DNA from: Roseibacillus sp.
GTDB taxonomy: Bacteria; Verrucomicrobiota; Verrucomicrobiia; Verrucomicrobiales; Akkermansiaceae
Reading direction: 5' to 3'
DNA length: 64,000 nucleotides
Assembly (NCBI GenBank): GCA_051251855.1
Contig: JBPOGI010000003.1
Location: forward strand, 448,001-512,000
The position numbers and the translations under genes are program-made. Positions 8,168 through 17,634 of this stretch are shown here, in pieces (the stretch's first letter is position 1; every line of letters begins with the position of its first letter). The notes below the pieces were generated by a model. It was not told the DNA's origin, did no database searches, and saw only the letters and a list, made by a program, of their open reading frames with translations.

Positions 8168-9658
8168 TTAACTCCTCTTTCGGCAGCTCCCTCTTGGTTC
8201 GTTGCCTTCGTGAAGCGCGATTTCGGAATGAAGAAACTCGGCCGCTGCTGCGGAATCCTTCACCTTGATCGCACTGCGCTCTAACATTTCTTTTTCGAAA
8301 TCTCTCAAGACACTTTCCCGCAAACCCACGTCGCGCCACTGAGACTTGGGTCGGCATCCTATTGAGATCCCCCGGGCGAGGGCGAGGGCATCGAGGAGGG
8401 CTTGATTTGCACCTTGGCCCTTAAAAGGACTCATGGGGTGTGCGGCGTCTCCAATGAGGGTGACGCGATTTCCTTTCTCTAACAATTCCGGCTTGAGGAG
8501 TTCCCGGTCATACACCGGATAACCCGAAATCTGAGAGGCTTGAGTGGCAGCGAGAATTTGGGGAATAGGATCATGCCACGGGCATCTCCGAAGCGCTTCT
8601 TCTTTGAGGGCCTGAGAACCCAGAGCGCTTAGCGTCTTGGCCTCTTCTTCTGGCATCGGAAAGCTGAGCTGCCACATCACGGAATCGGCATCATAGGGCA
8701 TCATGTAAATACGCTCGTTGCCATTCGCGGTTTGAAAGACGGTGGCGGAGTCTAACAAGGGGCTTTCCAGTCCTTCCAGCTGGCTGAGAGGACAGATACC
8801 TAAAATGACGATGCAACCTAGGTATTGCAGAGGCGAGGCTTCCTCACCAATGAGCAATCTCCTCACTGCACTCCGGATGCCATCGGCTCCCACTACTAGA
8901 TCGGCGTGTGCTCTCTTGGTCTCACCATTGACTAGGAAAGAGAGGCTCACTCGCTCTCCCTCGACGTCTTGGTAGTCCACGAGCTGGTGTCCCCATTGCA
9001 CGGCATCATGCCCGTTGAGTTGCTCCAACAAAGCCAAGCGAAGCGACTGCCTGGCGATGTGAACATTAGTGCGCTTCAGCTTGGGAAGAGCTTCCGCATT
9101 GGACTCGAGCCATTTTCTGCCACCCCATTCACCCACTACCTTTCCTTCGGGGGTATGCACGAGATGGCGCGTAGAAACGATGCCCTGGTCTAAGGAGAAA
9201 ATCCCCAAGCCTGCGATCGCTTTGCTGGCTTGCTGGAGAGTGAGTCCATAGCCCTGAGAACGTTCATCAAAGCCTCCGTCACGTTCATAAAGAGTATGGG
9301 GAATACCTCGGTGGAGACAGGCCACCGCTAGAGCCACCCCTCCGATGCCGCCACCGATGATCGCGACGTGGGGATAATTTTCTTTATCAACTATGGGAGG
9401 GGTTGGAGATGAAACGAGGCCGGACCCCTGACAGTTTGTGCAATCTTCGAGATGCCCCTTGGGGCGAACCGGAGCTAGTTCTTCGCTGCCGCCCTTCGTT
9501 TGCGAGGCTTCGAACTGAGCGAGCGCATTTTGGTAACGGCGGCGGGCTTTGCCAGAGAGTCTTCTGTTTCTCTTGCCGCGCCCTTGGCATTCGGGACAGC
9601 GGGTCCAGTGAGTCCTCTCATGTATCGCTTTTTCCACTGCCCTTTGATTAAAGGGCAA
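8168..9658 (-). CDS. FAD-dependent monooxygenase with N-terminal DnaJ-type zinc-finger motifs
   Basis: 'IIGGGIGG', 'LVVGADGIRS', 'LIGDAAHPMSPFKGQGANQALLDA'; N-terminal CPECQGRG and CTNCQGSG; start uncertain. Confidence 0.85.
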   Translation of the reverse strand: MPFNQRAVEKAIHERTHWTRCPECQGRGKRNRRLSGKARRRYQNALAQFEASQTKGGSEELAPVRPKGHLEDCTNCQGSGLVSSPTPPIVDKENYPHVAIIGGGIGGVALAVACLHRGIPHTLYERDGGFDERSQGYGLTLQQASKAIAGLGIFSLDQGIVSTRHLVHTPEGKVVGEWGGRKWLESNAEALPKLKRTNVHIARQSLRLALLEQLNGHDAVQWGHQLVDYQDVEGERVSLSFLVNGETKRAHADLVVGADGIRSAVRRLLIGEEASPLQYLGCIVILGICPLSQLEGLESPLLDSATVFQTANGNERIYMMPYDADSVMWQLSFPMPEEEAKTLSALGSQALKEEALRRCPWHDPIPQILAATQASQISGYPVYDRELLKPELLEKGNRVTLIGDAAHPMSPFKGQGANQALLDALALARGISIGCRPKSQWRDVGLRESVLRDFEKEMLERSAIKVKDSAAAAEFLHSEIALHEGNEPRGSCRKRS

Positions 9659-10059
9659 GGCATCCGATCAGCCCACTTTATTTCTACCTTTTAGCTCGTT
9701 TTCCAGCATCTTCGAATCTCGCGGTTTTGCCGCTTGAGTTTGATGTCAAATTGGTGATGGATTCTAGTCAGTTCGTTTGGAAAAGGGGTCGGAATACGAT
9801 GATATTTGTGTGTTCTTGCCCTTGCTGAGCGCACTTCTTCAGCGGCTCTTGGCAGTGCTGATGCAATCTCGCGATCAGTAGCTTCACATCGTCTTGAGCT
9901 CCTTTTTCCTCATTCTCTTGCTGATCTGATGGTTGAGAAAAGTAGAGCTTGGAGAGTTCGCCCTCCAACGTTAAAAAACAATGACATCGTAGGCGGCAGG
10001 GACAGAGTGGCCGTAACTATCGAGACAAAGCCTTGAAGCAAATTTCTTTGAAAACTGAT

Positions 10060-13000
10060 ATGATTAAAAGACAACTCCTAACACTAAGTTCTCTTACCTT
10101 GGGTTTACCAATGGTGCTGACTCCATTTGCCTATGGGCAAAAGAAAAAAGTCGATATGGATGCCGTTTGGGCTACCCAAAATATCGAAGTTCCCGCGAAT
10201 CCTGTCGCACGCAAAGCTGCCGTCCCTGGTCAACCGCCAGTGGCGCTGGAGATGAGCAAGGACATGCATCTCGCCTTCATCGGGGGTGGACTTGGTTCGC
10301 GTATGAATCTCTACAGCGAGTTTGAGACCGAGCTTCAACGCCGTTACCCTGATTTAAAGCTCTATATTCGGAACATGTGCTTCGAGGGGAATACCCCCGC
10401 ATTCCGTCCCCACCCCTCACGCAATTCACACGTGGTAGTGCCAGACGCTACCCAATTCCTGCCCAAGGAATATCAGGTGAAAGCATCGACCCGAGGTCAC
10501 TATGAGACCCCCGATCAGTGGCTCACCCGCCACAAGGTGGATACCGTGATCGGCTTCTTCGGATACAGCGAATCCTTCCAAGGAGCTGCGGGAATTGACG
10601 ACTACAAGAAAGAGCTCCGCGCCTTTATCAAGCACACCCTCAAGCAGCAGTATAGCGGGAAGCAAGTGCAGCTTGCGATCGTCGGTCCCGCTGCCTTCGA
10701 GGACCTCAGTGCCAAATTCGATTTGCCAAACGGGAAGGCAGAGAACGAGAACCTCAGTGCCTACACCGCCGCGATGGCTGAGGTTTGTCAGGAAGAAGGC
10801 ATCCTCTTTATTGATGCCTATGTTTTAACTTCAAAGCTCTTCGCGGGCAACGATGCCGACCTCACCCTCAATGGTCATAATTTAACTCAGGAAGGCTATC
10901 GAAAATTTGCTCCTCTCCTCGCCAATGGACTCTTCGGAGAAGCGACTACAAAAGGGGATTATGAAAAAATTCACGCCGCAGTGGCTGAGAAAAATCGTCT
11001 TTGGGTGATGGATTATAAAATCCCAAACGGCGTTCACGTTCACGGGCGTCGCTTCGCACCGTATGGGGACAAAAACTATCCAACCGAGCTTCGTAAAATT
11101 CGGGAGAAGACTCAAATTCGCGACCGAGCAATCTGGACTAACAACGCAGGTGGAAACTATCGAGTCGCGGACGCTGATGCGGAGACGACTCCTCTTGTTG
11201 ACATCAAGACGAACTCTGATCGTCCTGTCGACTATAAGACTGGTAAGGAGGTAGAGAAGCTTCTTCAGGTCGCCGAAGGCTTTAAGGTGGAGTTGTTCGC
11301 GGATGAGAAAGGCTTCCCCGATCTGCAGAACCCCTCCCAAATGGCCTTCGACAATGCAGGGCGCCTCTGGGTGGGCTGCATGGGTTCCTATCCTCACTAC
11401 GAGATCGGCGGTCCACTTGCGAATGATAAGATCATTATCCTCGAAGACACCAATGGTGACAACAAGGCGGATAAGCAGACGACCTTCATTGAGAATATTA
11501 ATATTCCCATGGGGTTTGAGATTACGGAAAAAGGGGTCTTTGTCTCCCTCGGTACGAACCTCGTTCTCTTTGAAGACACCGATGACGATAGCAAAGCGGA
11601 TAAAAGCACAATCGTTCTTTCTGGCTTTGATGATCACGACACCCACCACGCGATTTCTTCCTTCTGTGCCGACCCTTCAGGCGCGATTTTCATGGGGGAG
11701 GGCATCTTCTTACACTCGAACGTCGAGACTCCGTATGGACCCGTTCGTGGAACGGATGGGGGATTTTATCGTTATGCTCCTAACAAGATGCGGCTCGAGA
11801 GAACGGCTCAACTCAAAATCCCAAATCCATGGGGTATTGCTTTTGACGAATGGGGTCAGAACTTCTTCCTCTACACCTCAGGACCCTCATTCGGTTGGAT
11901 GCAGGAAAATGCCATCAAGCCGAAGTATGGACGGAATTTGCAGAACACCGATCTCCTCACCGACAACAAGGTGCGCCCGACTTCTGGAGTCGAGTTCGTC
12001 TCCTCTCGTCACTTTCCTGATGAGATGCAAGGGGACGCTCTGATTTGTAATAATATTGGCTTCCTAGGATGTAAGCAGCATCAGGTGATCCAAGACCCGA
12101 AGACTGGCTTCTATAACGCCAAATTCCGGCAGAACCTCTTTGTTTCCCCGAAGGAGTATCAATACTTCCGACCTGTCGATCTCGAGTTTGCCCCAGACGG
12201 GTCACTCTTCTTCATCGATTGGAGTAACGTGCTCGTCGGTCACATGCAGCACTCGGCACGTGATCCTAAACGCGACCATGTTCACGGGCGTGTTTACCGT
12301 GTCACCTACCCCTCACGTCCACTCGTCACCCCAGCGAAAGTGGTGGGTGCCAGTATTTTTCAGCTCCTTGAAAACCTCAAGGAACCAGAGATTCGCACTC
12401 GCTACCGTACCCGACGCGAACTCCGTGGCAGAGACGCGACCGAAGTCGCGACTGCTCTGAAGAAATGGGTATCGGAGCTCGATAAGAGTGAGGCTCGCTA
12501 TGACCACAACATCCTCGAAGCTCTCTGGGTCTCTTGGGGCGTGAACCAGATCGATGAATCTCTTCTCGAAGAGGTTCTCGCCTCCAAAGACTTCCGCGCA
12601 CGTGCTGCTGCCATTAGAGCAGGCCGCTACAATGCCGATAAGCTCTCTCACCTGAAGCAAATCATGCTGAAGGGTGCTGCTGATGAGTCTCCACTTGTTC
12701 GTCACGAAGCCGTCGTTGCTGCCAGCTGGCTCCCAGCTGAAATCGGTCTCGAGATTCTCGAAGAGGTTGAAAAACGAGGGGTGAACAAAGGTTTCACTAA
12801 GCAAATCCTGCAATACGCGAAAGCGGATCTCTCTGGAATCACCCTTAAAGCCCCGAAAGCACACAAGGTGGCTCAAAAGGGGATACGAGACCGCAGGGGA
12901 GTTGCGGAAGTATACATCAACTGTGTGCCAGAGGGCCTCAAGTTCGACTTCGAGAAATTTACAGTCAAAGTCGGTCAGCAAATTCAACTCGTCTTCAGCA

Positions 13001-13266
13001 ATCCTGATGTCATGGCTCACAACCTCCTCGTTGTGAAACCAGGAACAGAAGAAGAGGTCGCCAAGGCGGCCATGAACATGGGTGCGGAAGGTTTTGCCAA
13101 ACACTTTGTTCCAGAGAGCCCAAACATCATCATTGCGACCAAGCTTCTCAATGAAGACGAAAAGCAGGTGCTCAAGTTCAAGTTCGATACTCCAGGAGTC
13201 TACCCTTACATCTGTTCCTTCCCGGGCCATGCGCAGATCATGCGTGGTGAAATTACCGTGAAGTAG
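10060..13266 (+). CDS. PVC-type dehydrogenase-domain protein: SGNH-like + beta-propeller + HEAT + C-terminal azurin/plastocyanin domain
   Basis: Signal peptide; 'NPSQMAFDNAGRLWV', 'EDTNGDNKAD', 'NPWGIAFDEWGQ', 'FRPVDLEFAPDGSLFFIDW', 'HGRVYRV'; type-1 copper ligands 'MAHN...CSFPGHAQIM'. Confidence 0.85.
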   Translation: MIKRQLLTLSSLTLGLPMVLTPFAYGQKKKVDMDAVWATQNIEVPANPVARKAAVPGQPPVALEMSKDMHLAFIGGGLGSRMNLYSEFETELQRRYPDLKLYIRNMCFEGNTPAFRPHPSRNSHVVVPDATQFLPKEYQVKASTRGHYETPDQWLTRHKVDTVIGFFGYSESFQGAAGIDDYKKELRAFIKHTLKQQYSGKQVQLAIVGPAAFEDLSAKFDLPNGKAENENLSAYTAAMAEVCQEEGILFIDAYVLTSKLFAGNDADLTLNGHNLTQEGYRKFAPLLANGLFGEATTKGDYEKIHAAVAEKNRLWVMDYKIPNGVHVHGRRFAPYGDKNYPTELRKIREKTQIRDRAIWTNNAGGNYRVADADAETTPLVDIKTNSDRPVDYKTGKEVEKLLQVAEGFKVELFADEKGFPDLQNPSQMAFDNAGRLWVGCMGSYPHYEIGGPLANDKIIILEDTNGDNKADKQTTFIENINIPMGFEITEKGVFVSLGTNLVLFEDTDDDSKADKSTIVLSGFDDHDTHHAISSFCADPSGAIFMGEGIFLHSNVETPYGPVRGTDGGFYRYAPNKMRLERTAQLKIPNPWGIAFDEWGQNFFLYTSGPSFGWMQENAIKPKYGRNLQNTDLLTDNKVRPTSGVEFVSSRHFPDEMQGDALICNNIGFLGCKQHQVIQDPKTGFYNAKFRQNLFVSPKEYQYFRPVDLEFAPDGSLFFIDWSNVLVGHMQHSARDPKRDHVHGRVYRVTYPSRPLVTPAKVVGASIFQLLENLKEPEIRTRYRTRRELRGRDATEVATALKKWVSELDKSEARYDHNILEALWVSWGVNQIDESLLEEVLASKDFRARAAAIRAGRYNADKLSHLKQIMLKGAADESPLVRHEAVVAASWLPAEIGLEILEEVEKRGVNKGFTKQILQYAKADLSGITLKAPKAHKVAQKGIRDRRGVAEVYINCVPEGLKFDFEKFTVKVGQQIQLVFSNPDVMAHNLLVVKPGTEEEVAKAAMNMGAEGFAKHFVPESPNIIIATKLLNEDEKQVLKFKFDTPGVYPYICSFPGHAQIMRGEITVK

Positions 13267-13289
13267 CAGGTTCCTTCTTATTCTCATCG

Positions 13290-13323
13290 AAAGCTCTCAC
13301 TCCTTGCGGAGGGAGAGCTTTTT
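13290..13323 (+). terminator. intrinsic terminator
   Basis: AAAGCTCTC..CTCC-ttgc-GGAG..GAGAGCTTTTT hairpin with T tract just after the stop codon. Confidence 0.75.
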
Positions 13324-13503
13324 GCTAAGTGGATTGTGTGAGAAGGCTCAGGTCGTTCTCACTGTTACCTATGCCGTGCGCTCCAGAAAGATACCGCATT
13401 CAAAGCGTCCCATGAGATTATCTACCAAAACACCTCAACCGTGGATAAGCGACAATCATTGGTCGGTCCAACTAAGACGGTTTAACTTACCAAGATCTGA
13501 CTT

Positions 13504-15006
13504 CTATTGAGCGCACTCCTTCAACAACTCTTGGCAACGCTGGCGCAAGTTCGCGAGGATGGCTTGGTGCTCTGGGCTAGCAGCGAGGTTCTGCGCTTCT
13601 TTGGGGTCCTCGGTAAGGTGGTAGAGTTCCTCGAAGATGGGTTGCTCCCCGTTTAGGGAGGCTTCAGGGAGGTAATGGGCGCGGTCGTTTTTTCTCGAAA
13701 AGTAGCGGATGTATTTCCACTCCTTTGAGCGCACCGCTTCCATCCGAGGATAGCCTTGTTTGGTGAAAAGGTTCTCCAGAAAGATGTCCTGCCGCCACGC
13801 CACCGGTTCTTGCTCGATGAGTGGGAGCATGCTCACCCCTTGGTAGGTCTTCGGAATCTCCACGCCACAGAGGTCGAGAATGGTCGCCGGGATGTCTTGT
13901 CCCACGACGAGGTCGCTGATGGTGCGGGATGCTTCTTCTTTCGTGAAAAGAGGAGAGTAGAAGATGAGCGGGATATGCACTGAGTCTTCGTAAAGGAAGG
14001 TCTTGCCGCCTAAGCCTTTCTCACCCAGTAAGAGTCCATGGTCGGAGGCGAAGACGATGATGGTGTTCTCGGCCACTCCCATGACGGAGAGTTGCTCTCG
14101 GATTGAGCCCACAAAGAGGTCAATTGCATAGTTAGCTCTTGCCATTTTGAGCTGCGTATTGAGTAGAGTCTTCTTGTTGTATTTGTAGTAGCCCATCAGC
14201 TCGTCGAGCTGGAAGACTTCCTTAGGAAAAGGCTCCTTCTTGTCCACAAAGCCCTTTGGAATTGGGAACTTGTCCAATTGGTCTTGGTAGAGTGAACGAT
14301 AGTATTCGGGGTCACTCTCCTTTGCACCCATGCCACCAATGCTCGCGGCGTGCGGGAGGTTAAAGTTGATGGAGACTGCGAACGGCTTGGAATCATCCCG
14401 CCGTTGGAGAAAGTCCTTCACTGAAGCATGCGCGGTATCGAAGAAGTCATCTTTCTCTGGGCTCGGGTCGAGGAAGGCATCGGTCGCTTCAAGCAATCCC
14501 TCGACTTGCGTTTGATTCTTGAGGTTGTTGTAGGCGGGAATCTTATTGAGATGAAAGCCGATGTGCCCCTTCTTAAGGTAGGCAAAGTCGATGCTACGTT
14601 GGAGGTATCCTTTCTCTCGCTTTTCACCGATACCGACATGGTGTTTTCCGATATAGCCGGTGAAGTAGCCGGCTCGTTTCAGACACATGAGCCAGGACTG
14701 ATCGAAGACCTCTGGCTTCATGTTGTTACCGAGAAACTCACTGAACCCGACGCGGTTTTTTCGCTCCCATTGGCCTGAAAAGGTGTTGGCGCGACTTGGC
14801 CCGCACACTGGGCTGGTGATAAAAGCCTGATCAAAAAAGATGCCTTCTTTCGCCAGCTGATCGATATGCGGAGTCTTCGTGACGGGGTGCCCGGTCATGC
14901 TCAGCGCGTCAAAGCGCTGGTCATCAGTTTTGATGTAGATGACGTTCGGCTGAGCGCTTGAAGAGGCGATCTGAGAAGAGAGTAAAAAGGACAGGAGGAT
15001 TTTCAT
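13504..15006 (-). CDS. secreted S1 sulfatase
   Basis: 'PNVIYIKTDDQ', FGly motif 'CGPSRA', 'GKHH', 'SDHG', 'YEDSVHIPL', 'ELYHLTEDPKE'. Confidence 0.92.
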   Translation of the reverse strand: MKILLSFLLSSQIASSSAQPNVIYIKTDDQRFDALSMTGHPVTKTPHIDQLAKEGIFFDQAFITSPVCGPSRANTFSGQWERKNRVGFSEFLGNNMKPEVFDQSWLMCLKRAGYFTGYIGKHHVGIGEKREKGYLQRSIDFAYLKKGHIGFHLNKIPAYNNLKNQTQVEGLLEATDAFLDPSPEKDDFFDTAHASVKDFLQRRDDSKPFAVSINFNLPHAASIGGMGAKESDPEYYRSLYQDQLDKFPIPKGFVDKKEPFPKEVFQLDELMGYYKYNKKTLLNTQLKMARANYAIDLFVGSIREQLSVMGVAENTIIVFASDHGLLLGEKGLGGKTFLYEDSVHIPLIFYSPLFTKEEASRTISDLVVGQDIPATILDLCGVEIPKTYQGVSMLPLIEQEPVAWRQDIFLENLFTKQGYPRMEAVRSKEWKYIRYFSRKNDRAHYLPEASLNGEQPIFEELYHLTEDPKEAQNLAASPEHQAILANLRQRCQELLKECAQ

Positions 15007-15116
15007 GGCAATCGTAAGAGGATGAAAAATACAGGGTAAGGTTCAGTGCTCAGTTCTTAAAGGGTTTGGAAAAACTTCCCCTCAAGAGTCCATTGCTTGC
15101 CTGCCCAACTAGTACG

Positions 15117-15359
15117 TTATCGAGCCACACTTGCTTTCTCCAGATCCTTACCCATTTTCTTATAGCCCCTCAATAATTCATGACCTCTCTTCACGCCGCT
15201 GAGGTCAATTTCTTGCCCTTCTTCGATGCCCTCACCTCTTGTGACGGTAACATCTGATATGGTGCAACCAGAGAAAGAAAGGATGATGATCGAACTTAGG
15301 ATAATGGTAGCAATACGCCCAGCTTCATGGGATTTAGAAAATTTACAGTTGTTTTTCAT
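15117..15359 (-). CDS. small putative lipoprotein (80 aa)
   Basis: ATG at 15359 (MKNNCKF...), lipobox-like 'FSGC'; AT-rich; N-terminus resembles 6432-6725. Confidence 0.6.
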   Translation of the reverse strand: MKNNCKFSKSHEAGRIATIILSSIIILSFSGCTISDVTVTRGEGIEEGQEIDLSGVKRGHELLRGYKKMGKDLEKASVAR

Positions 15360-15504
15360 TCCTTCTAAGAAAGGAAGTAAATCACAAAACACCTCAAGAA
15401 TATAATGAAGAATCCTTTGTTGCATCGTGATTGCTCCATGATGGGGAGCTTGGGAGCGGAAATTTGACACCGCAGGAGGACTCACTACGACGAGATGAGA
15501 AAAT

Positions 15505-17634
15505 CTAGGGATAGGTGGCCTCGATACGGATGAATAAATGATCGAGGTTACCCGAGATGTTGTCGACGGCGTCAATCGAGATCTTGTCGAGGGTGGCGCT
15601 TTGTGGGCTGCCGGTGCCTGAGTATGAGGAGTCCGAGGTCCAGTCTTGCAGGTTGGTTGACCAAGAGACGGCGTAGATGCGATTCAGCACACTAGGCCAG
15701 GTGACGGTGAACTCGGTGGGAGAATTTTGTAAGTTCGTGATGCAGAGGAGATCGCCAGAGTCGGTGGGGTCTGTCCCTGCGAGGTATTCTTCCAAATTCG
15801 AGCTGCCATCGCCGTCGAGGTCTGCGGAAGCATCTTTGGGTGAGTTGGGATCGAGCCCGAAGAGGAGTTCGTATGAATTGGGCAGGGAGTCGGCGTCGTT
15901 GTCGGCGACACGTGGGTAGAGGACGGACGTCGGGGTGGTGCGGAGTTGGTCGAGGGTGGTGAAGAGGTCGCTACCGGCGAGGGTGGTGATTTCGCTTCGG
16001 ATGGCGGCGTCATTACTGAGCGCGGAAATGAGGTTGTTGTCTTCACCGAGATCAAGGTCGAGGTGGAAGAGTTGTTTGGGCGTTCCTTGGTTCGTGCCGG
16101 CAGCCGAAGGGATACTGTTGTTAGATGAGTCCCAAGAGGTGTTGTGTCCTCCGCCGCTACCGTCGATGAACTTCCAGCCGTCAGTTGTTTTGAGACCGAG
16201 GTCACCGCGAATGGATGATACGACGACGCCGTTGCGTTGGGGGGAGGGCTTTTGTTGTCCACGGATGAGGTTGAGGAAGCTTTCGCCATCTGGGGCGGTG
16301 CTGTTTGGAAGTTCGACTCCGAGATAAGCCGCGACGGTGGCGAAGATGTCGCCTTGCCAGATGGGGTCGCTGACCTTCATTCCTGCGGCAGCTTGTCCAG
16401 GCCAGCGGACGACGAAGGGAACGCGGGTACCGCCTTCCCAGACATCGCGTTTGTTCCCACGGAGCGGTCCGTTGGGGTCCTTGTCATTTGCGAGGCTTTG
16501 CTCCATTGCGGTGTTTTCGGGACCGTTGTCGCTGGTGAGGATGATGAGGGTGTTGTCGTGGAAACCGTTGTTATCAATGGCGTCGATGACGCGGCCGATG
16601 CGGTCGTCGATTTCGCGCATAAAGTCGGCGTAGTGGAATCCGGCGGCGCTGTCCGTTCCTATGAACGGGGCGGTGAGAGCCCATGGCTTATGGGGGGAGT
16701 AGAGGGAGACGTAGGCGAAGAAGGGATCGGGGTCAGAGTTCGTGGCGCGGTCGGCGATGAACTCTTCCACCTGAGTGATCATGAAGGGGCCGGCATCGAC
16801 CTGACGGTAGGTGGGGTCGCCAAGGCTGGCGCGGGAGTCGGTGGCACCGACCACAGACGAGTTGAGGTTGGCTGTCGTGAGCTGTTGGAAGGTGTCGGAA
16901 TTGGTGGCGTTGCGGAAGGCACCGCTGCCACCGTTGAGGGAGGCGTCCCAGATCTGATTGCGGTCGTTCTCGAGGTAGACGTAGGGGCCGAAGTTAATGG
17001 AGGCGGCGAGTCCCTGAAAGGTGTCGAAGCCGTGGGCCACGGCGTGGTCTTCCACGGGGCGGGCCCAGTCGACGGTGGTGGGGTCCGTGGGATTGGCAGT
17101 GATGCGAGTGTTAGAGCCGGGTGCGAACCACGCGCCGCCGAGGTGCCACTTGCCAAAGGCGGCGGTGTCGTAGGCTTGGGTTTTGAGAAACTCTGCGATG
17201 GTGACGTCGCTGGCCTTGGGGACTTCCGGGACGGCAGCGGAAAAGTATCCGTAGTGCTTGGAGATGCCATTGAACTCGCGCCAGTTGTATTTTCCGGTGA
17301 GGAGGGAGTAGCGGCTGGGGGTGCAGACGGCGTTGGAAGAGTGGGCTTGGGTAAAAAGAGTGCCTTCCGCAGCGAGCGCGTTCATGTGGGGAGTGACGGC
17401 GGGGCTGGGAGTGCCGAACAAGTCTCCATAGGCAGACATGTCGCCGAGGCCCATGTCGTCGGCGTAGATGATGATGACGTTGGGTTTCGTGGGAGAGGAA
17501 GAGTGATTGGGGCAGTCGGCGGGGTCGGCAGGGCTGGAGCCAAAGGCGGTTTCGGCGATGTCGCTAAAACTGTCGCCGTCGCTGTCCACGAAGGGGAAGA
17601 GGGGGCCGGTGTTGGGCGATGGTGGTTTCGTCAT
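15505..17634 (-). CDS. S1 sulfatase with Ca-binding DxDxDG repeats and C-terminal verrucomicrobial domain; appears 5'-truncated
   Basis: 'PNVIIIYADD', 'CTPSRYSLLTG', 'GKWHLG', 'SDNG', 'WEGGTRVP'; no signal peptide; begins inside a 'DSDGDSFSD..E...G..P' repeat; overlaps the upstream ORF by ~70 nt. Confidence 0.8.
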   Translation of the reverse strand: MTKPPSPNTGPLFPFVDSDGDSFSDIAETAFGSSPADPADCPNHSSSPTKPNVIIIYADDMGLGDMSAYGDLFGTPSPAVTPHMNALAAEGTLFTQAHSSNAVCTPSRYSLLTGKYNWREFNGISKHYGYFSAAVPEVPKASDVTIAEFLKTQAYDTAAFGKWHLGGAWFAPGSNTRITANPTDPTTVDWARPVEDHAVAHGFDTFQGLAASINFGPYVYLENDRNQIWDASLNGGSGAFRNATNSDTFQQLTTANLNSSVVGATDSRASLGDPTYRQVDAGPFMITQVEEFIADRATNSDPDPFFAYVSLYSPHKPWALTAPFIGTDSAAGFHYADFMREIDDRIGRVIDAIDNNGFHDNTLIILTSDNGPENTAMEQSLANDKDPNGPLRGNKRDVWEGGTRVPFVVRWPGQAAAGMKVSDPIWQGDIFATVAAYLGVELPNSTAPDGESFLNLIRGQQKPSPQRNGVVVSSIRGDLGLKTTDGWKFIDGSGGGHNTSWDSSNNSIPSAAGTNQGTPKQLFHLDLDLGEDNNLISALSNDAAIRSEITTLAGSDLFTTLDQLRTTPTSVLYPRVADNDADSLPNSYELLFGLDPNSPKDASADLDGDGSSNLEEYLAGTDPTDSGDLLCITNLQNSPTEFTVTWPSVLNRIYAVSWSTNLQDWTSDSSYSGTGSPQSATLDKISIDAVDNISGNLDHLFIRIEATYP

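Noticed and set aside
9700..10030. Short ORFs 9768-9968 and 9806-10036 in a long intergenic region
   Set aside because: No motifs or convincing starts; likely a divergent promoter region
12313..13287. 324-aa minus-strand ORF, and 10882-11649
   Set aside because: Antisense to the dehydrogenase-azurin gene; no recognisable motifs
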